Positions 15,560-23,094 of a stretch of DNA of 24,000 nt are shown here, one piece after another. The stretch is taken from contig CAVUNP010000007.1 in NCBI GenBank assembly GCA_963742855.1, positions 324,448-348,447 of the forward strand, given 5' to 3'. The translations under genes and the position numbers were made by a program. Below the pieces are notes generated by a model. That model had not been told where the DNA came from, did not search any database, and was given only the letters and a program-made list of their open reading frames with translations. The stretch is from an uncultured Actinomycetota bacterium (GTDB lineage Bacteria; Actinomycetota; Actinomycetes; Mycobacteriales; Micromonosporaceae). Every line of letters begins with the position of its first letter. Positions within the stretch are counted from its first letter, which is position 1.

Positions 15560-16019
15560 GGCCGAGGTCGGGCACACCGACACGTGGCTGCGCCAGATCA
15601 TCGTCACCGACCCCGCCAGTGGCGAGCAGGTTCTGCTCGACCTCGGCCAGGACTACCGGCAACACCCGCCCATCGTCGTCACCGGCCTCGGCCCGGTCAT
15701 CGACCTGCCCGACGCCGCCGCCTCCAAGGCCCGGGCTCTCAACGACCGGCGAGCCGTCCGCGACTACCTCGACCTGCACGCCCTGCTCACCCAACCCGGC
15801 TGGAGCCCGGCCCGGCTGTTCGCCGCGCTGCGAGACAACCTGCGGCCCGTACTCACCGCCGAAGAGTTCGCAGCCGACCTGGCCGCCGCCGGCCAACAGG
15901 ACCCTGAGGACTACCACGCGTACCGCCTCACCGACGCCGACATCGGCCGGCTCGCCGCCGACTTCACCCGCTGGGCCGACGACCTCAGAACCCAACACAT
16001 CGACACCCATCACGAGTAA
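15560..16019 (+). pseudogene. 5'-truncated abiEii-type nucleotidyltransferase gene (remnant of a deleted element)
   Basis: Colinear with residues ~73-225 of the 23095..23772 product (AEVGH(T/S)DTWLRQIIVTDPA...RTQHID). It lacks the N-terminal GGG...DLD nucleotidyltransferase motif. Homology begins abruptly at ~15560, just after a TGTGCGCC box (15535). Confidence 0.85.
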
Positions 16020-16069
16020 AACGGGGAAAGTCGATGGTGTGGCGGGGGTCACCGGCGACGTACGCTGAG

Positions 16070-16091
16070 GTTGATGTCAGCGTTGATGTCA
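16070..16091. repeat. att-like tandem decamer S3 (GTTGATGTCA gc GTTGATGTCA); attR-type scar
   Basis: Identical to S5. Lies 104 nt upstream of the handle of cassette CT3. Confidence 0.55.
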
Positions 16092-16204
16092 AACCACGAC
16101 CCCGCACCAGCAACCACACATCGCCGTCACGGAAACAGTTGCGGCTGAAAGGAACAACGACATGAGACATCCACGACCGCCATAGCTGATACCAAACGTA
16201 CTAT

Positions 16205-16540
16205 GTGGTGGCGGGGGACACACCGGTTCTTGTCCATAACAGCAACTGCCCACGTTTTGCCGTAGATTCAAACGGTGTTGCGACCGAGATCCAGCCACTC
16301 GGACGCGGCTCGACTGGCCGTACTGCTCCGAACAGTCTGAACGAGAAATTGGCGATGGAACAGGCGATGTCGAACTCGACCGGAGGAAATATCGTCCCGT
16401 TGCGGAATGGGATGACGGATCCACGTTGGCCGGGATCAGATGGTTGGGTGAAGATGTCTCAGAATGTCAACGGAGTTGAAATCCACTACGTGCGAAACAC
16501 AATTACTGGCCAGGTTGACGATTTCAAGTTTGTAGGCTGA
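16205..16540 (+). CDS. orphan Rhs toxin cassette CT3: handle plus ~100-aa toxin domain (family unassigned); no convincing own start
   Basis: The frame opens at 16190 right after an in-frame TGA (16187-16189): YQTYYVVAGDTPVLVHN|SNCPRFAVDSNG...GVEIHYVRNTITGQVDDFKFVG. Only internal GTGs (16205, 16208) are available as starts. Markedly AT-richer than its surroundings. Confidence 0.7.
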   Translation: MVAGDTPVLVHNSNCPRFAVDSNGVATEIQPLGRGSTGRTAPNSLNEKLAMEQAMSNSTGGNIVPLRNGMTDPRWPGSDGWVKMSQNVNGVEIHYVRNTITGQVDDFKFVG

Positions 16541-16541
16541 C

Positions 16542-16919
16542 ATGGTAGTTACGTGTATCAGTGACAGTATGCGGAATCTGCGTCCAAACCCGTTGGCGTA
16601 CAACCAGGACGCCGTCGTTCACCTGACTTTAGCTACGCGGTATCGCGCCTGCGCGATGTCGGTCTACGCTGGCTCAATAATGATTCTCGTTCGCGATGAC
16701 ACGGATCTACCAAATTGGTACCCAGTACAACTGTTCACGATCGACAATCCGGACCTTCCGAGTGGATGGCGGTTCGCATCATATGGCGAGTCGGGGCATT
16801 TACGGGCCATTTGGGGCTACGCCGAGCTCGTTGACGATGAATCTCACTACGACGCTCTCCTTGAACGCCACGCTGACGCACTCGCAGTCTTCCGCCTGCA
16901 ATGCGAGCGGGCTGAGTAA
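16542..16919 (+). CDS. putative immunity protein for CT3
   Basis: ATG lies 1 nt after the toxin stop (TGAcATG). 125 aa, AT-rich, acidic C-terminus. Tight toxin-immunity arrangement. Confidence 0.7.
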   Translation: MVVTCISDSMRNLRPNPLAYNQDAVVHLTLATRYRACAMSVYAGSIMILVRDDTDLPNWYPVQLFTIDNPDLPSGWRFASYGESGHLRAIWGYAELVDDESHYDALLERHADALAVFRLQCERAE

Positions 16920-17028
16920 GCGACTCGAACCAATGAGCAATGCCCTGCTTCTCCGATCACGTGCCGTGTCGACGCAACTGCGGAGCGTGTCACCTGTGCC
17001 CCCCCCCTGTGCGCCGGTGAGCCTGGCG

Positions 17029-17050
17029 GTTGATGTCACGGTTGATGTCA
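17029..17050. repeat. att-like tandem decamer S4 (GTTGATGTCA cg GTTGATGTCA); candidate attL of element 2
   Basis: Preceded by TGTGCGCC (17008) and a C9 run (16999-17007). Pairs with S5. Confidence 0.6.
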
Positions 17051-17413
17051 GCTCGATCGATGTAGGTAATGGTATCGATATAACAGCAACCGCGGCCGCG
17101 TCGCGTAACACTGACAATCATCGATGGCGAAGCCGTTCGCTTCGGTCCTTCGCCCAGGTCCGGTGGCGTGCCGCGTAGCGGTGCGGCGTCGATCGCCGGT
17201 GGCCGTTGGCTTCCTCGGCCTGCGAAGCGATCGTCACGGACTTGTGGAGCCACTCGCTGTCGCCCCTGGCTCGCCGTGCCCTGGCGCTCGTTCGTGGGCG
17301 TGCGCGCGTGGCCGTAGGCCTGAGCGCGTGCGCGCGCCCGGCTTGCCGGGCGCTCTTGATGCTCTTTGTAGAGACGGATTGAGCCAGCGTTCGATCTTGA
17401 AGGCGGCTGGCGT

Positions 17414-17899
17414 TCAGCGCTGGTTGACGTCGATCATGGCTCGGGTGATGCGGTCGAGTAGGTCGCGGTGGGCGTGGGCCAGGTCGTAGAGTTGCCGGCC
17501 GGCGGCGGTCTTGTCCCGGGCGTTGGTGCCGGTGCCAGCGAGGATGGCCTGCTGCTGGCGGAGGTAGTCGCCGATCTGCCGTAGGGTGGCCGCGTCTTCG
17601 ATGGTCTTGCGGAGCGGGGCGTCGGTTCGCATGTCGGCGAAGTCGGGGTAGATGAACGTGCCGCGTCCGGCGACGCTGTAGGTGACCTTCATCTGTTGCA
17701 ACTCGCGGAGAGCGCGTTGGATGGTCATGACGCCGACGCCGTACTGGTCGGCCATCGTCCGGGCCGAGGGTAGCCGGGCGTTGGGGTGGATCTCCCCGGT
17801 TTCGATCTTGGTGAGGATGTCGTCGACGACACGCTGGAACAGCACCCGTGGGTCGTCGGGCGCCCAGGGCTCGGGTAGGGGGCCGGGGTCGTACGCCAT
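17414..17899 (-). CDS. GntR-family transcriptional regulator (Kor-like)
   Basis: LFQRVVDDILTKIETGEIHPNARLPSARTMADQYGVGVMTIQRALRELQQMKVTYSVAGRGTF is the GntR HTH signature. ATG at 17899 (MAYDPGP...) is preferred over the upstream GTG at 17926 of the track ORF. Confidence 0.85.
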   Translation of the reverse strand: MAYDPGPLPEPWAPDDPRVLFQRVVDDILTKIETGEIHPNARLPSARTMADQYGVGVMTIQRALRELQQMKVTYSVAGRGTFIYPDFADMRTDAPLRKTIEDAATLRQIGDYLRQQQAILAGTGTNARDKTAAGRQLYDLAHAHRDLLDRITRAMIDVNQR

Positions 17900-17914
17900 G
17901 ACCGCACGATAGCA

Positions 17915-18011
17915 GTCACGTGACACGCATGCGACCCGACACCCACGGCACGGCAGTCCAAAGAATCTTGCGGTTCGCGCTTGACCATAGCACGAGTGTC
18001 ACGTCACACTC
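17915..18011. promoter_or_regulatory. divergent kor/tra control region with two GTCACGT-centred palindromes
   Basis: GTCACGTGAC (17915-17924) is a perfect 10-bp palindrome. GAGTGTCACGTCACACTC (17994-18011) has 6-bp inverted arms. TTGACC lies at 17981. An operator role for the GntR protein is inferred. Confidence 0.4.
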
Positions 18012-18379
18012 GGGACATACGTTGCTCGCGGTTGGCGTGGGCACGGACAGGAGACAAGTATGTTGATTCTTCCGATCGAAAGCCGCCCGCTGCTGGTGGT
18101 CGCCCCCCACCGGCACCGCAGTTCACCGACCGGCAGCGCACGCAGTCGAAGGTGGACCGGGACACCGGCGTGCCAGTGGTCGAGGTGGCCGTCTGCTTGA
18201 CCACCGACGGTGGTCAGCCGCAGATGTTGCGGGTGCAGCTGCCGGCCACCGGCATCCCCAAGGATCTGGCCGTCGGGCAGCAGGTGACGGCGTCGGGTCT
18301 CACTCTCATGGTGGGTGAGACGAATGGCCGGTCGTGGCAGATGTTCCGGGCCGCGTCGGTGACGGCGGTGAAGTCATGA
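17981..18379 (+). CDS. hypothetical small protein translationally coupled to traB (start unresolved)
   Basis: The stop overlaps the traB ATG (ATGA at 18376-18379), which supports this frame. The maximal ORF starts at a TTG inside the presumed promoter. In-frame GTGs lie at 18152, 18170 and 18185. A canonical AGGAG-n6-ATG at 18049-18062 is in a different frame. Confidence 0.45.
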   Translation: MTIARVSRHTRDIRCSRLAWARTGDKYVDSSDRKPPAAGGRPPPAPQFTDRQRTQSKVDRDTGVPVVEVAVCLTTDGGQPQMLRVQLPATGIPKDLAVGQQVTASGLTLMVGETNGRSWQMFRAASVTAVKS

Positions 18380-19860
18380 TGGCGCACCTTCCGGCTTGGC
18401 TGCTGCTGCTACCGCTCGTCGTTCTCGCGGCGGCAGTCCTGGTCGTGACCGTCCGGCTGGGCTGGGCTGGCGTCGAGTACGTGCGGGCAGCGCCTGGCGT
18501 GCGGCCGATGCTACGTCGGGCTTGGCGCATCCGCGCGACGTGGCCACGGACGGCGCGTCGGGTCGGGCTCGTCCACACGGAACGGGCCACGCCGCCATGG
18601 TGGTCCACCGCCAAGCCCACCACCGCCCACGCGTCGACGAGGACATTGGTGCCGCCGGTGCAAGTCCGGGCGGATCGGTGGGGTGTGATGGTCGTCGCGG
18701 CGACGGTGGGTCGGATCGGGTTGGTGGAGTTCCAGAACGCCGCCCGGCATCTGGCCGACGCCTGGTACGTCCCGACCGTCCGCGTCACCCAGCCCAAGGC
18801 CGGCGTGGTCCGGCTCCGAGCACTCGTGCTCGACCCTCTTACCGAGCCACTCCATTGGACGGAGCGTGATCTGGTCGGCGACGCCAACACCTGGGTCGCC
18901 GGTATAGACCAGGACGGCCAGCCGGTGACGATCCGCACCGCCGACGTGTCCGGAGTCGTCGTCGCAGGGTTGGCGGGCTATGGCAAGACGGTGTTCCTTA
19001 ACGCCCGCCTGGCCGCCCTCGCACCCGACGAGGCGGTGCAGTTCGTGCTCATCGACGGCAAAGGCGGACCCGACTACGACGACCTGTTCACCCGCGCCTG
19101 GCTGTCGGCCAAGGACGACCCGGACCTGGTCCGCGACCACCTGGCGACGGTGCACCAATTGATGAAGGTTCGGCAGGACACCATCAGGCCGGTGCTGGGG
19201 GTGAAGAACGTGTGGCAGGTCGGCCCGTCCGCGTCCTGGCCCCTTGTGCTGGTGGTCATCGACGAGGCGCATACCTTTCTCAATGAGCACAAGGGCACCG
19301 ACCCGGACTCGAAACGCCGCGACGCCCTGGCGAGGGAGACGGTGCGGCTGGTGGAGGAGTTGGTGCGTAAGGGCCGCAACGTCGGCATCCAGGTCGTGCT
19401 GGCGACGCAGAAGCCGACCGGGGACGCGATCCCGACCCGGATCCGGGACAACTGCCAAGTGTCGCTGTCGTTCGCGCAACGCACGTCCGAGGCGGCCGTC
19501 GCGGTCCTCGGCGCTGACATCACCGACTGGCCCGACGAACACCCCCGTCGCCTGGTCGATCCGGCCTACGTCGGGGTGGCGTCGATGGTCGCCCAGGGCC
19601 GACCCGGGTTCACCCTCGTCCGCACCCCGTATGTCCCGGATGGCGTGGCGGATGGATGTGCTCGGCGTGGCGCGCACCTGGTCCGCGATCCGGTCGAGCT
19701 ACAAACGTTGATGTGTACGTCACCCGGGACCAGCCAGACGGTTGGATCTTGGGAGGAGAGCGGCGGCCCATTCCGCCAAGAACAATCCGCCGCTCTCCGC
19801 GACACCAACCCCGACCTGATGGAAGGAGTCAGTAGACACGATGATGTCATCCGATCCTGA
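18376..19860 (+). CDS. traB: FtsK/SpoIIIE-family DNA translocase (TraB-like conjugation protein)
   Basis: N-terminal TM helix (LPAWLLLLPLVVLAAAVLVVTV). Walker A GLAGYGKT (18967-18990). Walker B LVLVVIDEAH (~19243-19272). The start at the 18376 ATG is coupled to the upstream ORF. Confidence 0.88.
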   Translation: MMAHLPAWLLLLPLVVLAAAVLVVTVRLGWAGVEYVRAAPGVRPMLRRAWRIRATWPRTARRVGLVHTERATPPWWSTAKPTTAHASTRTLVPPVQVRADRWGVMVVAATVGRIGLVEFQNAARHLADAWYVPTVRVTQPKAGVVRLRALVLDPLTEPLHWTERDLVGDANTWVAGIDQDGQPVTIRTADVSGVVVAGLAGYGKTVFLNARLAALAPDEAVQFVLIDGKGGPDYDDLFTRAWLSAKDDPDLVRDHLATVHQLMKVRQDTIRPVLGVKNVWQVGPSASWPLVLVVIDEAHTFLNEHKGTDPDSKRRDALARETVRLVEELVRKGRNVGIQVVLATQKPTGDAIPTRIRDNCQVSLSFAQRTSEAAVAVLGADITDWPDEHPRRLVDPAYVGVASMVAQGRPGFTLVRTPYVPDGVADGCARRGAHLVRDPVELQTLMCTSPGTSQTVGSWEESGGPFRQEQSAALRDTNPDLMEGVSRHDDVIRS

Positions 19861-21103
19861 TGAAGGCAGCAGCGCCACCCCGACCGTCGAGGCGCTGCTG
19901 CGAGTCGATGAGCACCAGGCTGCCGTGAGACGGCTTGGCCCGTGCGTGCGCCCGCTTCGCACCTTCTACGACGGCACGGTGGTGGTGATGCGGTGCCGCA
20001 ACCGGCGCGCCGCCGTGTGCCCGTCGTGCTCGGCGCTGTACCGGCTCGACGCCCGGCAGCTTCTCACGGCTGGCCTGGTCGGCGGCAAGGACACCCCGGC
20101 GAGTGTCGCGGGCCGGCCGCGGGTGCTCGTGACGTTGACCGCGCCGTCGTTTGGGAAAGTCCACACCGGACAGACCGGAGGTCGGCCCAGGAGGTGTCAC
20201 CCGACCTGCGGTGCTTGGCATCCGGCCGGTGACCGCATCCTGGGCACGGCGCTCGACGTCGAGCAGTACGACTATGTCGGGCAAGTCTTGTTCAACGCCC
20301 ACGCCGGCGCGTTGTGGGCCGCGTTCACGACCACGACTCGCCGCACGCTCGCCGCCGACGGCGGGCTGTCGAGGGCGGAGGCGGGTCGTCGGGTGCGGGT
20401 GGTGTTCGCGAAGGTGGCCGAGTTCCAGACCCGGGGCGTGGTGCACCTGCACGCCGTCATCCGCCTCGACCCGGTCCACCCACCCGACCGGCCGGCCTGG
20501 GCCAGCGTGGCGGTGCTGCGGCGGGTGGTGCGGCGGGCGGCCAGAACCACGCGGGTCACGACGCTGGCGTCCTCCGGGTCGCCGGGCCGCAGGTTGCGGT
20601 GGGGTCGGCAGGTCGACGTGCGCCCGATCACCACCGGCTCGGCGCAGGCGAGTGTGGCGGTGGTGGCCCGCTACATCGCGAAGTACGCGACCAAGGCGGC
20701 CGAGACCGCTGGACTGAACCTCGGCCCGATCGCGTGCCCGGCATGTGCGGCGACCGGGGCGACGACTCTCGCACCGGGGATGGTGCGGCTGTGTCGGGAC
20801 TGTCACGGCACCGGCCGGCGCGCAAGCGTCGACCTGGATCGGCTCACCGCCCATGCCCGTGCACTGGTCGAGACCTGTTGGCGGCTCGGCGCCCGGCCGG
20901 AGTACGCGCCGCTGCGCCTGCGCCAGTTTGCCCATCAGGGCGGCTACCGGGGTGTGTTCCTCACCAAGTCGCGGACCTGGTCGACCACGTTCGCCGCCCT
21001 GCGCGCCGAGCGGTACGCCTTCCTCGAAACCCAACGCACCGGCGACGCGGCACCGCCCGGCAGTGTCGTGAATGGACGGAGCATCAACGACCACCCCGCC
21101 TAA
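19841..21103 (+). CDS. rep: RepSA-like replication initiator protein
   Basis: 420 aa. Hallmarks of actinomycete plasmid/AICE initiators: RCRNRRAAVCPSCSALYRLDARQL, LVTLTAPSFGKVH, RGVVHLHAVIRLD, YIAKYATK. Overlaps the traB end by 20 nt. Confidence 0.85.
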   Translation: MMSSDPDEGSSATPTVEALLRVDEHQAAVRRLGPCVRPLRTFYDGTVVVMRCRNRRAAVCPSCSALYRLDARQLLTAGLVGGKDTPASVAGRPRVLVTLTAPSFGKVHTGQTGGRPRRCHPTCGAWHPAGDRILGTALDVEQYDYVGQVLFNAHAGALWAAFTTTTRRTLAADGGLSRAEAGRRVRVVFAKVAEFQTRGVVHLHAVIRLDPVHPPDRPAWASVAVLRRVVRRAARTTRVTTLASSGSPGRRLRWGRQVDVRPITTGSAQASVAVVARYIAKYATKAAETAGLNLGPIACPACAATGATTLAPGMVRLCRDCHGTGRRASVDLDRLTAHARALVETCWRLGARPEYAPLRLRQFAHQGGYRGVFLTKSRTWSTTFAALRAERYAFLETQRTGDAAPPGSVVNGRSINDHPA

Positions 21104-21290
21104 CCACCCACCGGACCCGGCTGAGCCGGATCTGTTGACGGTGGTGCAGGTGATGGCCCGGCTGCAGTTGGGCCGGCACACCGTCTACGACCTGATCCGC
21201 AGCCGTCGGTTGCGGTCCGTCCTGATCGGACGGTGCCGACGCATCCCGGCCGTTGCCTTGCGCGACTTCCTCGACTCCCTCACCGACTGA
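21072..21290 (+). CDS. xis: excisionase-family HTH DNA-binding protein (Xis)
   Basis: LLTVVQVMARLQLGRHTVYDLIRSRRLRSVLIGRCRRIPAVALRDFL parallels Xis of element 1. The start is uncertain because the ORF overlaps the rep end. Confidence 0.8.
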   Translation: MDGASTTTPPNHPPDPAEPDLLTVVQVMARLQLGRHTVYDLIRSRRLRSVLIGRCRRIPAVALRDFLDSLTD

Positions 21291-21307
21291 ACCCGAAGGA
21301 CTTTGTG

Positions 21308-22714
21308 ATGCCTGGAAAGAAGAATGCCAACGGCGATGGCACCGTGTTCCAACGCGCCGACGGCCGCTGGTGCGGCGCCGCCTACGTGACCGTCGCGGAC
21401 GGGACGTCTCGGCGGGTGTTCGTGTACGGCGACACCCACCGCGAAGCCTCCGACAAGCTGGCCGCGAAGATCGCCGATAGCGTGCGCGGCACCGCCGTGG
21501 TCGCCAAGGACCCTACGGTGACCGTGGGCGAGTACCTGACCTCGTGGCTGCAGACCGTCGCGAAGCCTAGGCTGCGGGCGACCACGTTTCGCACCTACGA
21601 GGCGATGACGACCCGCTTCCTGCTGCCCGGCCTCGGAGCGAAGCGGCTGGGGGCGTTGACGGTGTCGCAGGTGCGCGAGTTCCTCACCCAGGTCGCCGCG
21701 GCCTGCCAGTGCTGCGCCCGAGGCACCGACGCCAAACGCGACCCGAACCACCGCGACCCCGCTCGGCGGTCGCGTTGCTGCGCGGTCGGCCGCTGCTGTC
21801 ACACCACGGCCAGTCCGGCCACCGTCCGCTACATCCGCGCCCTGCTCTCGACCGCTCTCGCGGACGGAGTGCGCGAGGATCTGCTCGGCCGCAATGTCGC
21901 CGCCGCCGTCCGGCTGCCCTCCACCAGGGCCCGGTTCGAGCCGTTCACCGCCGCCGAGGCCCGCAAGTACCTACGCGCCGCCCGGCTGCACCGGCACGGG
22001 CCGCTGTTCGAACTCGCCCTGCGCACCGGGCTGCGCCAAGGCGAACTGCTCGGCCTGCGGTGGGCCGACCTGGACCTGGCCGCGGGCCACCTTACGGTGC
22101 GCCGCACCCTGGCCCGCACGCCGGGCGGAGCCACGTTCCAGGACGTGAAGACCCACCGATCCGCGCGGCGTATCAGCATCCCCGGCGAGTGCGTCACCGC
22201 GCTGCGCTGGTACCAACGCCGCCAAGACATCGACCGGCGCGAGGCGGGCCCGGTATGGCGGGATCTCGGGCTCGTGTTCACCCGCGCCACCGGTGGGCCG
22301 CTCGACGCCGCCTACGTGCACCGAACCCACCACCTGCTCTGCGACCTCGCCGACATCCGCCGGATTCGGTTTCATGATCTTCGGCACTCCGCGGCCACGC
22401 TCCTGCTGGAACAAGGGGTCGAGCTCATCGTGGTGAAGGATCTCCTCGGGCACGCTCAGATCAACACCACCGCCGACATCTACACGTCCGACTCCGCCTG
22501 CAACGCCAGGCGATCGAAGCCATGGGCGCTGCCCTCCGCGACGACCAGGCGGACACCGACGACGAGGGTCGCGATGATGAGGAGCCCGACGACCCGCCGA
22601 TCCTCGTCCCCGTCTGAACCGGACATCGAGGCGTCCCGCCACCGTTCACGCCCGGCGTGGCGGGACGCCATCTCGAGGCCGCGCAAGGCGTCGTGGCCGG
22701 GTCGTGGCCGGTAG
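21308..22714 (+). CDS. int: tyrosine integrase with a frameshifted C-terminus (possible pseudogene); the restored frame would stop at 22615-22617
   Basis: MPGKKNANGDGTVFQRADGRWCGAAYV parallels Int1, and the catalytic region RFHDLRHSAATLLLEQGVELIVVKDLLGHAQINTTADIY is intact. Straight after the Tyr codon (22481-22483) the Int1-like continuation HVRLRLQRQAIEAMGAAL...PPILVPV* is found in another frame. The track ORF start at 21233 overlaps xis. Confidence 0.85.
   Translation: MPGKKNANGDGTVFQRADGRWCGAAYVTVADGTSRRVFVYGDTHREASDKLAAKIADSVRGTAVVAKDPTVTVGEYLTSWLQTVAKPRLRATTFRTYEAMTTRFLLPGLGAKRLGALTVSQVREFLTQVAAACQCCARGTDAKRDPNHRDPARRSRCCAVGRCCHTTASPATVRYIRALLSTALADGVREDLLGRNVAAAVRLPSTRARFEPFTAAEARKYLRAARLHRHGPLFELALRTGLRQGELLGLRWADLDLAAGHLTVRRTLARTPGGATFQDVKTHRSARRISIPGECVTALRWYQRRQDIDRREAGPVWRDLGLVFTRATGGPLDAAYVHRTHHLLCDLADIRRIRFHDLRHSAATLLLEQGVELIVVKDLLGHAQINTTADIYTSDSACNARRSKPWALPSATTRRTPTTRVAMMRSPTTRRSSSPSEPDIEASRHRSRPAWRDAISRPRKASWPGRGR
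22630..22669 (+). terminator. hairpin (13-bp perfect stem GGCGTCCCGCCAC / GTGGCGGGACGCC, 14-nt loop) downstream of the restored int2 stop
   Basis: Begins 13 nt after the in-frame-restored stop at 22617, mirroring the hairpin after int1. It lies inside the frameshift-extended ORF. Confidence 0.5.
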
Positions 22715-22742
22715 ACTGCCCGGTGGAGGGAGGCTGCCGATC

Positions 22743-23078
22743 ATGTCGCGTCACTACGTCACCAACACCCCAGTGCTGGACCGGACCGCGAGCCGGCCGG
22801 TCGTCGTCGTGGACGATCTGACGCGCCTGCACGGCCCTTCGGGCGGCGTGGTGACCCTCCCCATCACGCTGAACTGGACCCCCCGCACCCGCTACGACCT
22901 GGCCACCGAAACCGCGGCCCGGTCGCTCTACCAGGTGGTATTGCGGGAAGCCCACACCGAGGCCGAGGTCGAGACCTATCTCAACGCCGACCTGCTGCGC
23001 CGGCTGTGGCCGTCGCTGACCCTGCCGAGGGCCGTGCGGGAGTTCTGGGAAGCCGCCCACCCCACCCTGGCCAACTGA
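22743..23078 (+). CDS. small protein upstream of the AbiEii-like nucleotidyltransferase; putative cognate antitoxin
   Basis: ATG at 22743 follows GGAGGGAGG. 111 aa. Ends 16 nt before the NTase gene. The pairing is inferred from position only. Confidence 0.5.
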   Translation: MSRHYVTNTPVLDRTASRPVVVVDDLTRLHGPSGGVVTLPITLNWTPRTRYDLATETAARSLYQVVLREAHTEAEVETYLNADLLRRLWPSLTLPRAVREFWEAAHPTLAN

Positions 23079-23094
23079 GCCAGCGGACGGGCTC

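Larger units (their letters stand above)
15560..16247. repeat. long direct repeat, copy a (abiEii 3' part + decamer S3 + decayed HINT sequence + handle)
   Basis: Aligns with 23313-24000 at a constant offset of 7,753 nt at both ends (no net indel). By eye, roughly nine positions in ten are identical. Confidence 0.9.

Noticed and set aside
15360-16052. Minus-strand ORFs 15360..16052 and 22981..23805, which are similar to each other
   Set aside because: Their similarity simply reflects the long direct repeat. They are antisense to abiEii, and the Gly/Val/Asp-rich repetitive translation looks non-coding.
16999-17007. C9 homopolymer next to S4 as a phase-variation switch
   Set aside because: It is intergenic, with no ORF or promoter spacing obviously dependent on its length. 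It may be error-prone in sequencing. Noted only as a caveat for exact coordinates.
16070-17050. The GTTGATGTCA repeats as a CRISPR array or minisatellite
   Set aside because: There are only two tandem copies per site, with a 2-nt spacer, and the sites are kilobases apart at module boundaries. No repeat-spacer periodicity is present.
16696-17489. ORFs 16696..17178 (+), 16990..17253 (-) and 17124..17489 (+) across the imm3 end / S4 / left arm, and 11429..11815 (-) in element 1
   Set aside because: They overlap one another and imm3. Frames are not conserved between the two homologous arms, and the translations are Arg-rich. They are better explained as non-coding arm DNA.
19300-19441. GACCCGGA octamers (19300-19307 and 19434-19441) inside traB, identical to TraB recognition repeats described for Streptomyces plasmid clt loci
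   Set aside because: There are only two copies, 134 nt apart, within coding sequence. At this GC content a couple of chance hits per 24 kb are expected, so I cannot call a clt locus.
18511-21181. Long minus-strand ORFs (18511..19677 and 19847..21181) opposite traB and rep
   Set aside because: Arg/Gly/Pro-rich, with no recognisable motifs. The plus-strand frames carry Walker A/B motifs and Rep hallmarks.
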